A stretch of DNA of 64,000 nt. Origin: Catajapyx aquilonaris. Its lineage: Eukaryota. Under the pieces are notes generated by a model. It was not told the DNA's origin. It was given only the letters and a program-made list of their open reading frames with translations, and did not search any database. Shown in pieces: positions 26,271-38,689 of the stretch. The position numbers and the translations under genes are program-made. The DNA lies in NCBI GenBank assembly GCA_000934665.2, contig KZ538300.1, forward strand, positions 1 through 64,000, read 5' to 3'. Within the stretch, counting starts at the first letter, position 1; every line of letters starts with the position of its first letter.

Positions 26271-28878
26271 ATGGCGTCCGTTGGTCGGTTCGAGAAATGT
26301 CTCGTGTTCAGCAGTGGTATGCGATGCGCGGTGTTCCAAGTCGGGTGAGGATTCGGGTTGGGTTGGGGAACCGATTCCAGATAGATAAGCTGGGCCGGTT
26401 TTGGTTCTTTTTAAAAAAAGTAGCATGGACACTAAAAGTGGGCAGCATGTTTCCTGAAAGTTGACTAGTATAAATTGCATTTACAGATCAACCGAATGCC
26501 GTGTTGTGGAGGTGCCCCACCCGTACAAGGTGTGCAGCGATGACGAGGGAGACGGGAGCCCAGAGAAGCCTAAGAGGGCGGACGGCCAGTCAAAGTACGC
26601 GGCGTTACTGCAGTCGCAATGGTTTTAATAACTTACCTGTCCTTATTCAGAGAGAGTGCTCCGTCGGCTGACGAGGCTCACGTCCGATGTGTGTCCATCT
26701 CTCCATGCGGGAAGTGGCTTGCTCTTTGTGATGATTACAAGCAGCTGTCCCTTTGGCGACTGTGCAGCCTCGAGTTGGCTAGCATCCGGTCTGTCCTTAG
26801 GCGAACCTCGCAGATCATCTTCTCAAACACGTCAGATTGCATCTTGGTTGCAGGTAAATTATCATGTGCATAAACACTGTTGCCTATTGCTAACAAATGC
26901 TATGTAATTGCAGACAAATCAGGTGATGTGTACAGTTTTTCTGTGGAGAATCCAACTGAGGATGGAAAGCTGCTACTAGGACATGTGTCCATGCTTCTGG
27001 ACATTGTGAGTTGGCACAAACAACTGCATAATATATTGTCAGACACTTTCTAATTCTTTGCATGCTTTAATCCCATTAGCTGATCTCCCATGACGGAAAA
27101 CACATCATAACCTGCGACCGCGATGAAAAGATTCGTGTGTCGTGGTACCCCAACGCTTACAACATTAGCGGTTATTGCCTTGGTCATCGAGAGTTTGTGA
27201 CCCAGATTGCTCTGCTGCCCCACTGCCCAAGAGTGCTGGTCTCAGGGTCAGGGGACGGGACCTTTCGATTCTGGGATTATGCACAGTGCCGCCAGCTGGA
27301 AGTCGTGGACTGTCCAGAGGATGAAGTGGAAGTGGATGAGGTTCAGGAAGTGAACGAGGGCAAGGTTACAGACACTAAAAATGGTGATCACGACAAGCCA
27401 GACAAGCAGGACGTGGTCTACCCAAAACCCGCCATCAAGTGCTTTTGTTTTCAGCAGGTGGATGAGACCAGGTCGATCATGGCTACCTGCATACATAGGT
27501 AAAGCCATTTTAAATGGTTATGCATAGCTTTTACAAGCCAATTCTCAGGGCTAGTTTCATATATATGTTATTCACACATTATTCTGGATTACTATCAATG
27601 ATACAACTGGTTCACAATGAATTATTAAGTGAGGAAATGAACCTCTGAAAGAAAGTTACAGACGCTGCAAATCCACGTTTCTTGCAGGCTAAAAGGTGTG
27701 CTGTTGTACACCGTTTGTGGCGGCCTCGATGACCTGGCAGTGACTCCAACTCAGAAACTCACACTTGAGGCGGAACCATGGGACCTATTATTCATGAACC
27801 AGCACACACTACTTGCCCTCTTACCAATCGAGGGAAAAATCCTACATTACTTCCTAAGCAGCAGCAACCTGGAATTCACAGAACCTGCATCGGATGATTC
27901 TGAAATGTCCAGATTGATTCAAACAGTAAACTCAAATTGGGAGTTCTTTAAAGGTAATAATTAACTTGCTAGTTAGTTGGCTAACTCAGTTCGTTATTCC
28001 CATTACCGAGAGTGTCGATTGTCCGAGTCCACGGCATACTACCTCCATTATCTTACCCCGTTGAAAATAACCCGTTTGCTAGCGAATCTCCGTCATCGTT
28101 CACCTACCCTCTACTTGTCGGGCCATAAACTTCATTTTGACTATGAGAATGACTGTACATGGTGCAATGTAAGAGAGCCTTTTACCCCTCATCATATTAT
28201 TTTTGTTTGCCCGTTCTTCCGCACCCCACGCCATCAGTTTCTGTTTAATCTCCCTTCTTTTCCCCCTGATAGAATTCAACAACTATTTGCTCAATTGCCC
28301 AAGGATTTAGCTTACAACCTATTTAATTTTTTGGAAAATGCTGTAAAAAGGATAGATTTTTGTGATTAGTTTTGGACGGCACTGTTTCCACGTACGCCTT
28401 GTTATTTATGTATACACATATTATGGCATTGTAATTGGTATTTGTTGATATAGACCTTTCCTCGGTGGTTTATGCTTGTTTGTTTAATTCGGAGCTGTGT
28501 CCCCCTAAGAGTTAGCTAGTTAGTTCATAGAATAACAATCCTAGAGTCAATGGTAGTTCAGAGTCAAAAATGATGTACGAGATATACTGCATGAAGAATG
28601 TAAATCATAGAACCATGTATTAGAATGTTGCAATATGTCGTGGGCCTATTGTGCAAATTTTGTAATGATATTGGCTTGGCTATTATGTAATGCTGCACAT
28701 CATTTCAGATGCACTGAGTGTGGCAAGCAACATCCCTAACCTGTACAAGAGGTGGTACGACAACATGAAAGATTACATGGAGAAGAAGAAGGAACGCTTG
28801 GAGAGTAGTGGAGGAAGCAGTGGGGGGAAGGTTCCCGGCTGGAGAGGACCGCCATCTAAGAGGCCCAAAGTGCAATGA
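26271..28878 (+). CDS. WDR4: tRNA (guanine-N7)-methyltransferase non-catalytic subunit WDR4/Trm82/wuho
   Basis: Exons 26271-26344, 26487-26594, 26651-26853, 26914-27005, 27080-27498, 27688-27953, 28709-28878 (GT-AG, in phase). Motifs [44 protein letters not shown] and C-terminal [20 protein letters not shown]. Confidence 0.92.
27979..28514 (+). mobile_element. 5'-truncated non-LTR retrotransposon (ORF2 C-terminus plus 3' UTR) in WDR4 intron 6
   Basis: ORF 27977-28369 ends in a CCHC-like motif ([12 protein letters not shown]) typical of LINE ORF2 C-termini. It is flanked by the 11-bp direct repeat GCTAGTTAGTT at 27968-27978 and 28515-28525. Confidence 0.75.
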
Positions 28879-29075
28879 GATTTGTCTCAAGCACCATTAT
28901 TTTGCCCCAAATTGAGGTGTACATTTTATAACTCTGTGAAATAGAATTTCCTATACCAAACTTGACGTTTCTAAACTGTTTTACTTATTTACAGTATATT
29001 TGCTCCAAATGATAGTGTAGAAGAATAACCTGGGGAATGCCTGGTCTCTCACTGAAAGAATTCAGTCTCCTCAGT

Positions 29076-30604
29076 TTACTTGGGGGATGATATCTGGTCC
29101 AGAAATGCTGTGCAGCACCGGACACACTGCTCATAACACTTTGTGAAACCTTGGCTCCCTCGCTCCTGCAACATATGAAAAGGAACACATCATTCAAAAT
29201 GATATGAGGCTAACAATTTGCCACACCTTGCCTAATTTTAGATTCACCTCCAGTTCACTATAGACTCATTTTAGAATGAATAGAAACGTATACTGGGCGG
29301 GATCACTACAATGACTGGTTATCCCTCCTACTGGGTCACATGTGAAAATGGGGAATTCATATTTTGTGGGAAATCAGACAATCAGACAAATTAAGGTCTT
29401 GTCTTTTTAGCCAAGAGGTGACGAGCTACTGTAGGTAGGTGCCTTCTTGACATTGAACCTGACCTTGGAACACATGATTTTGGACACTATTATGCCCTTG
29501 CAGCTCACTGGAACAATTCTGATCCAAAAAGTAACTTCTGTCATTTATTCACTGGGCCGTAGCGCAAACATCTTACTGTAGAGTACAGTATCAAGCGATA
29601 AAACGTGTAAGGAGGGAAACTATGGCATCTTACATTGCACATACATTTAATAATAATGATGGATTCCATGCAAATATGCCAATCAGAAATGTAATTTTTA
29701 AATATTACATATGACTCCATACACTGCTATCAGATGTTTGGTGCATGGACATTGCAATGTCAAGGCCGTGATACATTTTTTATATTAAGTGTTCAAAGCA
29801 TGTGAATATATGAACAAACAGATCATCATCATAATTGTAAATTTCATGTACCAGTAAATATTAATAGGCGACCCGACGTTACAAGGTCGCTCATGCACGG
29901 TCAGCTATTACGTACACAATTTTTATCTTAATAGCAGCCCTCACTTTAACATTTAGAGCAACAATAACATACTGATTCTTTCATGTGTTTCAATTGAAAA
30001 ACACAGCCACTTTCCAGTCAGTTATGCAAAGTAGGTTCAGATTGTAATATTCCTGCACAAGACAGTAACGTTACATCATTCCGTTCAAAACAGCACCTTA
30101 CATCAATCACTGTTACTTAATTTTTAACAAAGTTAACAAACTCCGTTAGCAAACTAGGGGAATAATGACTGGTGGATGATATCGAACCAAACGATTCGAT
30201 CATCACGTCACTATTTGAGGTGCGCTATAGAGGGTATTCCAATTAAAATGTTCATAATGGTCAGCAAATTTTTTTGGTACTCAGGCACCTATTTCAAGCG
30301 ATTTTTTTAAGTGGAAATAAAAACACTATCAGCTACCTATTATTAGGTTGCATGAACTAATCCTTTTGAAACCCTGCAAAGGCCTCTGGCCTGCAATAAA
30401 TGGGTGCAATTATTTATATTGACATTTGATTCCGATTGTTGGAATGGGCTAATTGGGAATTTATTGCAATTCATAATATGGATATATTATTCAATTAGGC
30501 CTACTATTAGCAGACTGTATAACCATAAAAACTATGAAAAAATGACATTAAAACTATATCACTAACCAATACACAGTTGAAATAGAACACATGTCCAATA
30601 TACA

Positions 30605-30670
<66 letters not shown>

Positions 30671-31767
30671 GCATGCAGGTTGAACCCCATTTCAATCACA
30701 ATTGGCAAAATATGGTATAAAATAAATATATAAAATGACAACACTTGTTACGTAAGTGTGTTGGTATACTGTCTAGTAGTACTGTACTCTACTCATCAGT
30801 GTACTGTACCACCACAATGCAGCACAACTAAGAATATGACTGACATGCTGCAGGCAGCTCCAGCTCAGCAATTCTGTTCTCAATTATGGAGGAAGAAGGG
30901 CATAGCTTAGAGAGATTAGGAAGCTGCAGAGCTGATTTCCATGCATACTGCAGTTTCCTAACTCTCTCATCACATATTCCCATCATGCTTCTATTCCCAA
31001 CACACCAGCATCTCTCCCAAGAAAGTATGCTTTTGTACATAATTATATTTTAGACGTAAGGTATTAAAATTTGGCGATATTCACGCCAGGCTTCCCCATT
31101 GCTGTACTTACATAGTATGGATCCTCTATGATGAGTTCTCCTTGGGGATCATACTTTCCAAGAAGGTCCAGCTTGGCCTTGTATTTGGGTGGAGCAATGG
31201 TCTCCAGGTCCTTCATGTTGGCCTCGTCCATCCCAAAAATGTAATCGAACTGATCAAAGTCTTTCTTCTGGATCTGCCTTGCAGCGTGCTCCATGCGTAT
31301 CCCATGAGCAGCTGCTACAGTTCTGGCCCTGTGGTCAGGAGGGTTGCCCGTGTGCCAGTCACCTATGGCTGCACTGTCCACACGCCACTCAGACTGCTGG
31401 TCACGCTGCTTCAGCAGCTCATTGAACACCGCCTCGGCCATTGGCGACCTGCAGATGTTTCCTACGAAAAATTGGCATGTAAGTAGACAGTTACTTTGAA
31501 ACCAGTGCGTTGTGCTATGTATACCGAGGCAGATGAAGAGCACGGATTTCATCCTGAACCTCCTGCGCTTCTTCCTTCTCTTGGCCTTTCCTTTGGTCTT
31601 CCCTCCTTTGTCTCGACGACCAGACTTGACCTTCCCCGACTTCCTCGACTTGGAGGACTTGGAGGACTTGCTTGACTTGGACGAACTGGCCGACTTGCCC
31701 GACGATGACTTCCCAGAGGTGGTCGTCGCCGACGAAAAGCTGATCTTGTCAGACTCGGGCGGTGATC
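29076..31767 (-). CDS. ACP1: Low-molecular-weight phosphotyrosine phosphatase (ACP1/primo-like) with a basic N-terminal extension
   Basis: Exons 31767-31525, 31461-31112, 29165-29076. P-loop VLFICLG|NICRSPMAE, VDSAAIGDWH, FDYIFGMD, IEDPYY, CYEQCVRCCTAFL. A standard short form could start at Met 31552; a candidate upstream start exon 32409-32367 (MTESASLWPDSLDK) splices in phase. Confidence 0.9.
30610..30666. repeat. (CT)n microsatellite
   Basis: Perfect CT run in the last intron of the phosphatase. Confidence 0.97.
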
Positions 31768-31897
31768 CTGCGTGCAATAAAGAGGGCAAATCAGAGGTCA
31801 AAAAAGCGTCGTCTACAGAGTGGTGGTCAGCAGAAATCGTGTCATTTCAGCAGCACATGCCAACTTGATGGTTAACTGCTGCCGTCTGTGCACCACA

Positions 31898-32350
31898 CAG
31901 AGTTGCCAGATCGTGAGATCGAGTAAATGGTACCAACCCTCGAAATAAATGGTACTTTTCCGGAAAAGATGGTACATTTCAAAAATGGCGTAATTAATGT
32001 TAATTAAAGACAATTTAAATTTAAATAGCCGTAATTAAAAAGTTAACCATGATAAAGTAGTCGAAACCGGGGAAAGTAGTAAAGTACTGGCGGGGAGGGA
32101 AAAGCGCGCCGCAGGCGAAAATTTTCTTTTGGTTCAAGGTCACACAAGTTTTGGTGAATGTAACCTACTGGGAGATTTGAATAGGTGTATATGTGGTTAA
32201 ATTGGTATCACGCTTTTCATGGAAGTGGAATTGCAGAGTAACATTGGACTTGACAAAATAATGGTACTTTTTGCGTACCATTATGGTACATGGTACGGAA
32301 CCCGAAATTATGGTATGAATACCATAATTATGGTACATCTGGTAACACTG
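31898..32350. mobile_element. Non-autonomous hAT-type DNA transposon (453 bp)
   Basis: TIRs CAGAGTTGCCAGAT / ATCTGGTAACACTG, perfect 8-bp TSD GCACCACA (31890-31897, 32351-32358) and subterminal ATGGTAC repeats. An 8-bp TSD with CAG termini is typical of hAT. Confidence 0.85.
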
Positions 32351-33514
32351 GCACCACAACATCAACCTTTATCCAGCGAGTCTGGCCACAGAGAGGCGCT
32401 CTCTGTCATGCCGCTACAATACGATCAGCGTTCTTGCTAACCTGGCACTAACTGTGAAACTGTGCGAGTCAAATATTGCTGGTACACATACAAAGTGTTT
32501 TGTATTGATATATACTGTACTGTAGCAGAAGCATTTTCTGTCCCGAGATGTAAAATATGGGCGGGCTTACCTGAATGCGCTCCGGATCACCCGCAGTGAT
32601 GCGATAACTATAAGGGCGATATGAAGCTCGTAAAAATGCGGTATATGGCATGGAGTATGATGATATACGAGATGTCTACTGTCAAAGGGACAGCTCCTCA
32701 TTTTTTAAAAATATCGCACTCTAGTTAATAGCCGTAATTGAGCCGTAAGTGATCCGGAGAGGGCGGCATGCAGATAAGGCATATGGGGCATATACGCTTT
32801 ATTCTTCTGGATATTGTGTTCTGGATGTAGAGAATATACTGTTTTGGTGTCTGCCTGGTACTGCTGGGGACCAACAGTCGGAGATGGAGATGTAGAGGGG
32901 GAAATGTCAGTCAGGAAGGGGACGACGAGGGAGGCGGAGAGTGGTATTGAACCAGCGGTTGCTGAGCAACGACAACAACGTATAATTAGACGGATGGATG
33001 GTAAGTAGAATCAGCATTTCCTTAACGTCCAGTGAAATTATATCAGTGCATTTTCTCCAAGTTCATACAAAACCATCTCGTGGTCCACTATTGGCAAGGG
33101 TATATGGTGCCAAAACTGGAGTAGGCCAAAGCTGCTATTTGTGTAGGACTGTCTTTTACTCCCTTGATTACTCTTTGTTGATTTGAACTTGAACAGCAGT
33201 GAAGTCTGCTGCAAAAATAACACGAATGATTTGTCATTTTTGCTACCACTTTTTACGACAATGATATAAGATCCTAATAGTCCATTTCAATATAATAGCA
33301 TGCACTGTTGAAAATGCACAAGGTAAACAAGTGTTGGATAATCAAAGTGGATAATTGCATTTGCGTGTCAGTGAATACAACGGTGACTGATGTGCAAATA
33401 ATATTAGGCCTACTATTGCAGATATGAAATCGTAATGGCGTGCACATCAGGGTACATCACTTCTAGCGCCAGATCGTGCTGCAATCCGAGGCTGGGGCTT
33501 GATGCCAGGTGCCA

Positions 33515-34442
33515 ATGGTAAATCCTCAAGTGTTCAGGACTAAAATACCTGCATTACACAATATTACCCATAGGGCGTCCAGCAACTCTCCAGACAATAT
33601 TGTCATGGAACGCATAAAGCTGTCTATAGTTCCAGCACCGGAAAGTGTCGAAAGTGTTGACGTGTTCATTTCTAAATGTATAGTACAGTTTATTTCTTAA
33701 ATTACCACATACTGTACTGTACTCTGTACCAATCATCTCGGAAAATCGGTTCTCCCCGTATGCCCCTAATTATTTTTAACAAATTGAATGAATAAACATG
33801 TCGTGCCATTAAAGTGCCATAAGCACATGTGTATAACACTGTAAAAATAGCCAACATTACAAAAAAATATATAGGACTCATTATGTACACCATGCATGAA
33901 ATAAGAATATATTCGTTAATTATATGGGGGTAGATTCACGAAAGGTCGCAAGCAGGTCGTAAGTCAAATGTTTGTCGTAACTGGCCGTAACCTCAATAAC
34001 CCCTGCGAGAATGTTTTATTTCGTATTCACCAAGGGTCATATAGCTATCCCAGCAACTCACAGAGCTGAACTTGCATTTGAACATTTCAGGCACAAGCTC
34101 GTGGGAAGTCTAAGAAAGGCAAGAAGCCTGCTGCAGCCGGAGACACTAAAACTACTGAGACGAAAGTTGAGACAAATAAGCCAAAGAAGATTAAGTCCGC
34201 AGGTAACTCAAAACTAAGGTGAAATGAGAGAACTCAGGGTAATTATATTGCACACCAGCATATATCCGAACCATGCTAACTCTGTAGGCATATCTTCCAC
34301 TTTTCAAGGGCCGGATATATTCGGAGAGCGTGCCATAGCAAACGCCTACCAGATATGCCACAATGTCCAAGATGTCCTGAACCTATACGGATTTAAATGG
34401 CCCGAGGGCCAGAAGAAGAAGAAGGGCAGACGACGTCGGTAA
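33515..34442 (+). CDS. SMKR1: Small lysine-rich protein 1-like (~89 aa)
   Basis: Exons 33515-33517 (ATG only, then GTAAAT), 34091-34202 and 34288-34442 give MAQARGKSKKGKK...DIFGERAIANAYQICHNVQDVLNLYGFKWPEGQKKKKGRRRR. This matches the SMKR1 pattern as I recall it (DI....A..N.Y.I.HNV.D.L.L.GF.W between Lys-rich ends). Confidence 0.78.
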
Positions 34443-36210
34443 TTTCGCTGCAGGACAATAAGAAGCTCCTGATCGTCGCTCATTCTATGTCTGTACTCTG
34501 TGGTATGAACCATTAATGTTCGCATAATTATTATGTTGTGGATGTGTTTAGCACGTATAATGATCCCTAATTGCAACGCAGCATAAATAAATGAACTAAT
34601 GAAGACTTGAAATGCAGAACGGTCATGCAGAGTCACATTCGTCCAGTTCGTTCCAGATACTACCGAGTATATAAGGAGGATGTGAAGTTTCATGATTGAA
34701 TTTTCTTCAAAAAGTAGCCTTCGAGGACAACAACAGTGCCTAACCTGTAGCCTAATTAAATTTTGACCTGAATGTAACCACGATCATTCTTTATTTCAGG
34801 TCTTCAAATGGATAATCTTGTCTTGTGCAGCAAGTGGTACACATTGTTCATTGTATATAACGTGCTTGAATGTCGTTTCCATTAGAAATAAATGAATTAA
34901 TGTTTAAAAAAGTATTTTGCTTAGGCACACACCTATTATAAGTTTGGACTATTGTTGCATTATTATTATTTTTTTGCAGGCCTTCATTTGAGTAGGCCCT
35001 ATTCAATTAGATTGTATGCTGTGGTTTGATGATAATAATAATATATTATTCAATTTTGAAACGTTCAGGATCTTCACGGATGTATACTGTATGTAATACC
35101 ACGTGTTGCTTCAGCCACAAAATCATGCATAATCCAGGCATTGTGGCCACTTTCATCGTTACGAAATTCAAAGTCATTATAAAATAATTGGACAGTTTAT
35201 AATCGTCCCAGGGAGCATATACTACATGTAGTATATTATGCTCCCTGATCGTACGTGCCTGATAATTGCAGATTAAGAATGACATGCATATTTTTGAAGT
35301 TAGGCCCAACATATATTTTTTCCCGATACTGCGTATATATCTGATGAAGACCTGCGTTCTCATGCATCATTATAAAATAATGATGCTGGCATTATCAACA
35401 CTTGGTCACGGAAGTATATTTTTCCTCAATTTGCCTCTAACCTATGTACGGATCGTTTACCTTATATTATGCAAGCGTGCTCTATCGTATCGTACTGTAC
35501 ACATGCACGCTGCATTATTATTGAATGTCAGACTTTTTTAAGCAGCAAACATTTCCCTTCTCTCAAATCAGGTGATTCTCTTCCGGAAACCGCAAATGAA
35601 ATGTCCTCTTCCTGAGATGTTGGTCACAGGTCATTGGCCCACTTGGAACAGACACACTTTTCAGCCAGCATTTTCACCGGTAACGATAACGCCACAATTG
35701 AACAAACCCAGTTCCTGCTGAACTGTTCTTAGTCGTAGGAATTGGACACACGCCAGTGATCACAAAGTTTCTTGAGATCCTCAGTTCTCTTGGGCATTAC
35801 ATCAGGTCAGGGTGTAGTGAATAAAAATCCCTCCAGAGGACAGGTTAGGTGGTGGGCTACCCTCTTCCTCGGGGAAATAGGGCCCAATAGGGAGAATTCC
35901 AAGCAAGACGTGGCCTTGTCCAACGAACTGTGCCACAAGGGCATCAGCTCAAACACAAGACGGTTGCCTAATGTGTGCGTATTCTACCTCGGAGTTATGG
36001 GCTGAAACAGCGTATCTAGAAAAGGGATTAGCGTGAGGTAGGGTTCACCGCCTCACATGCCAATTAGAAGTGGAATAACGGCGCATATTTCAAGGTGAGG
36101 ACACAACCAAATTCAGGCATTATTATTATATTTGCTCCTTCCCAGAAATTCGTCATTTTTAATTCACGAATGATTGGTCAATACGCATGTAACAGTTGCA
36201 TTTTATGACC

Positions 36211-36393
36211 ATAAACGAGTGAAGCAGTCCATTATTTTTAAATGTAGGTCACTGGATAATTATGTACATTATGGATATGTGTACTTTCCGGTACATTTAT
36301 GGCTATAAACGAGTGAAGCAGTTCATTAATTTTAAATGTAGGTCACTGGATAATTATGTACATTATGGATATGTGTACTTTCCGATACATTTG
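36211..36393. repeat. Two-copy tandem duplication, 94-bp period
   Basis: ATAAACGAGTGAAGCAGT...GTGTACTTTCCG starts at 36211 and again at 36305, nearly identical. Confidence 0.9.
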
Positions 36394-38167
36394 TGCAGTA
36401 TGCATATAGCAACAGCGCAAAATAAATAACACAGTATTAGCAGTTGTTCAACAGAGTGAGTGGGCCTGGCGCCCATTGTAAATCACCCTCGTTTGCTTCA
36501 TGTATAGTTCTGTTCATGCCCTACAAAGTGGTACTGAACAAGCGCAATTCCATGGCTCTACTATAGGATCATTTGTGATGATAATAATTAAATACGCCTA
36601 TTTTGTCTGTAATAATATATTACTCCATAATTGACTGGTAAAAAGTGGAACACTAATGCAATTCACCATAGACTTTATGTTCAAGTGTAGGCCTCCCGCT
36701 GCATAAACAAATGAGATATTAATAGCATATGGTCTATAAAATTACTTCTTATCATTTTGCAGATTTTACTTTCTGCGCACGAAGATTAATCACAGAAATG
36801 CACGGGCAAGAAACACGTGATGAGTGAATGATATTGTCTTCAAGGTCGGTATAGTGCAGGTGATTTCTAGTACCTGGAATAACTGGAAAAAAAGGAAGAG
36901 CATACTGCATATGTTTACAGTGACCTCCTTTTCAACATACTAAACATCGGAATTTAAATTGTAACAATACACTGCAGTAAATAGCCTATTGTAACATAAT
37001 ATTCCGCTTGGACCAGAGCTATACTGCAGATGTGTTTCATTATAAATAATACTGCGCTACCGTACAAGTAGGTTGAACTTTTACCCGGACATAAGCTATA
37101 CTCTCCGGCGCGGCGTAAACACTGCAACTATGTTTCAGCCACAAACAGTTAAGCTCTGCTCGGCTGATGGTGTCACAGATATTTTATTGGCGCCTGTCCA
37201 GATTATTTAGTATGTATGTGTACATTATTCAGAGTCGGATCTTGGAACTACATTAACCGTACTGTACATCTATTGAAAAGTACGAAAATCCCTTCCAGCT
37301 ATCTTCTGATTCACAAGTATAGAGAGAGAAGCCCAGGACACTATTCCGTATAGGGGAAAACGAGGCCTTGAAGCATGTCAAGGTAAGCCTATTTTTTTCG
37401 CACTAGGCCTACAGTTTATTTCCAGCTGACGTCAATGAACAAAATTCCTGTTTTGCTTTGTACACGACGCACAATGAAAGCATTTAATTAGATTCCAATC
37501 ACAGTTTTGAGAAACCTAGCGTAAAATCTAAAGTAACTGATAGGTCTATAGTGTGTTATTTTCCCACATATCCTATGCAGCATAAAGCAGCATTTTTCAG
37601 CACTGGTGGCATCCTGGAATGAAAGCCTGTGTCACAGTGTACACACAGTAGGATACATATGTTTAGATTATTATCACGACCGAGACTGAGAGTGACAAGG
37701 GCCAAAGTCCAGAAGGGGGCCAAATAGTGTATGTGTGAGGAGAGTAAAATCTTGGAGTAAAAACCTTTACATATATAATGACACCTCTCATTCATTATAA
37801 GCCTGAAATGAACATACAGTACCGCATCAAAGCTATAAAAAAACTATCGCAACTGTACTGTATAAAAATATACGAACAGGTGTATAAATATAGCCCACTG
37901 TATATGCATATTCCAATAGTAATTACAGGTATAGGCTCTATTGTTTTGGATTCGGCCCTTGCTCGATTGTGTCATAAAATTGTACCAATGCACTATACCT
38001 GCCAAATATTACTTTGGACAATTTACGACGTATAATGTTCTGTGAGTGTCATTATATTATACCTGGAACACATTCTTCGCTTTCCACACGAGAAGAAACG
38101 AGTGGAACTGAGCGTATATTGGAAATAACGAGTATTATGAATAATACTGGCCGAGTGTTTCAAGATT

Positions 38168-38650
38168 TTTCACGTCCTATTATGAGTTACATACGCGTAA
38201 GTGTCCAAATCGTACCGTGCATTACTGTACTTACTATTACAGTGATTCATTCCAGAGTTGCAGGTGCGTCCAATAGAATAACATATTGCGGCCCAAAGAA
38301 CAAAATGATTAACACACATGTAACTTATGAAGTTGTAATGATCGAAAACATGGTTGAAAAAATACCCAGAGATTCCAGTAAAGGCGCATTCACACAGGCC
38401 GTCGACGGTTTTGGTTTTAGTTCTCGTCGACGCCGCGGACCAATCAGAGTGGGCCCTCACGGTAACCATGACGCGTTGTTTACGTGAGGGCCCGCTCTGA
38501 TTGGTCCGCGGCATCGACGAGAACTAAAACCAAAACCGTCGATGGCCTGTGTGAATGGGCCTTAACGCTATAATTATTTCTTTGTGCTCCAAGCTTTCGA
38601 AATACCAATGTTAAGCAATGATTTAGTGCAATACCAGTACTCTAGCAAAA
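38168..38650 (+). pseudogene. Degenerate relic of lipase exon 4 and the following intron
   Basis: AAGTGTCCAAATCGTACCGT...GATTCATTCCAGAGTTGCAG|GT (ends 38263) aligns with the end of exon 4 of copy A (to 39754). The downstream AAGAACAA.ATGATTAAC.CACATGT and TGTGCTCCAA also match the copy-A intron. Confidence 0.7.
38382..38562. mobile_element. Palindromic PIF/Harbinger (Tourist-like) MITE, 181 bp
   Basis: ~80-bp near-perfect inverted arms AGGCGCATTCACACAGGCC / GGCCTGTGTGAATGGGCCT with a TAA TSD on both sides. Confidence 0.85.
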
Positions 38651-38689
38651 GACAATTAACATACTCATGAGTCAGGACATTCGTTACAG

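Noticed and set aside
36211..36393. CRISPR-like or other spacer array
   Set aside because: Simple two-copy tandem duplication in eukaryotic DNA; no repeat-spacer architecture and no cas genes seen in the window.
38014..38514. 157-aa and 114-aa overlapping ORFs as genes
   Set aside because: They run through a decayed lipase exon (out of frame) and a palindromic MITE.
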